A stretch of DNA of 64,000 nt from Leucoraja ocellata (Eukaryota), in assembly GCA_036785375.1 (NCBI GenBank), contig JAWMAR010000329.1, forward strand, positions 2,046,001-2,110,000. The letters run 5' to 3'. Below the pieces are notes generated by a model. The model worked only from the letters and a program-made list of their open reading frames with translations, was not told the origin of the DNA and made no database searches. Both the position numbers and the translations under genes were made by a program. The number at the start of each line of letters is the position of its first letter. Position 1 is the stretch's first letter. Shown here in pieces: positions 62,920 through 64,000 of this stretch.

Positions 62920-63130
62920 AATTCATTGCCACAGACAGCTGTGGAGGCCAAGTCAATGGATATTTTTAAGTGGGAGATTGACAGATTCCTGATTAGTATG
63001 GGTGTCAGGGGTTATGGGGAGAAGGCAGGAGAATGGGGTTGAGAGGGAAAGATAGATTAGCCATGATTGAATGGCGGAGTAGACTTGATTAGACCAAATA
63101 ATCTAATTCTGTATCTAGAACTTATGAACT
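62920..63130 (+). mobile_element. CR1 LINE 3' end
   Basis: Closely matches the 2240-2450 copy. Confidence 0.82.
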
Positions 63131-64000
63131 TATAAAAGTAAGTGTATTTGCAACTGTGAAAACTATTATAGCATTTTCTGGTGTTGATCATTTATGAGAT
63201 CAAATATAATGTTACACTTCCCATAAATGTTTTTGATTTCTCAAGGCAGGTCTTAAAAACATCTTGAATGTCTGCAAAAGGTGGACATTAATGAATCAAT
63301 AACCTGTGCACCAAGTGGTAAAAAGGTTTTCCAAATGTTCATTTGGAGCTGTCTGGTTTTCTTCTGTCACTGCCTAACACAAATTGAGAATGTAATCCTT
63401 TGTTAATAACCTGCATATTACAATGCCCCTTTTCTTAGTGTGCAAAATTATTTGAATGTTAAGACAGGGCAATATGGACACTGGCTTTATGTAGCAGGCA
63501 GCTAGAATTGAATGCCGATTCTTCCATTTGTTGCAGAAATTGCAAACAAATTGCTCTTTCCACATATTGATGAAAGGATTTGTTTTTAATTAAGATTAAG
63601 CTTTATTGGTTTTGCAGTGTTTACTGATACTTTATTAGTCAGCCTGTGGTGCCACATAATATGTATGTCACAACAGCTGGAGGGGATTTACAATCCAGTT
63701 GGCTTAAGGAATTTTTAAAAATGGAATAAGTTAATTGATCACTTGTAACTGTTCTGTCATTCAGTGAAATTATGGCCAACATCTTATTTCAGCGCTACCT
63801 TCCTGCATTAATCCCAGTACCCCTGGGTTTCCTTGGTATGAAATAACCTTTAGCGCTCTATGTTAGCACAGGCAACTGAGCAGCCTGCTAGAATAGTGAC
63901 GTCCCAAGATTCACTAATTATTTAAGTGAAAACATTATTTCCAAAATCCCTCTCCTGAATGGCTGATCCTTTATTTTGGGACTGTGACCACTCGTTCTGG

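Noticed and set aside
60209-64000. Next MACF1 rod exon (expected FQKE..DPLQ-like)
   Set aside because: Not seen on reading; it probably lies beyond the window, so the KIAA0754-MACF1 junction cannot be confirmed here.

Overview
Vertebrate genomic DNA, most likely a cartilaginous fish (skate/ray-like, judged from the SINE, CR1 and Penelope repeat families; an inference). The whole window lies inside one + strand gene, the spectraplakin MACF1 (ACF7). I traced 21 GT-AG exons (3115-43097). Their splice phases join into one open frame of 1884 codons: three MACF1b-type exons, then the spectrin-repeat rod, including a 63-nt cassette exon. The next intron (43098 to beyond the window end) holds a 3.6-kb same-strand ORF (56582-60208) matching KIAA0754, the giant exon nested in mammalian MACF1. 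It has an N-myristoylation-type start, two internal acidic repeat arrays, a phase-0 splice donor compatible with the downstream rod exons, and a nearby poly(A) signal. Introns carry CR1 LINE fragments, tRNA-derived SINEs (nearly all antisense), a PIF/Harbinger-type MITE, and many Penelope-derived fold-back elements with minimal hammerhead-ribozyme-like cores. I found no prokaryotic-type systems. Homology statements rest on recalled human sequences and need alignment to confirm. Repeat boundaries are approximate.
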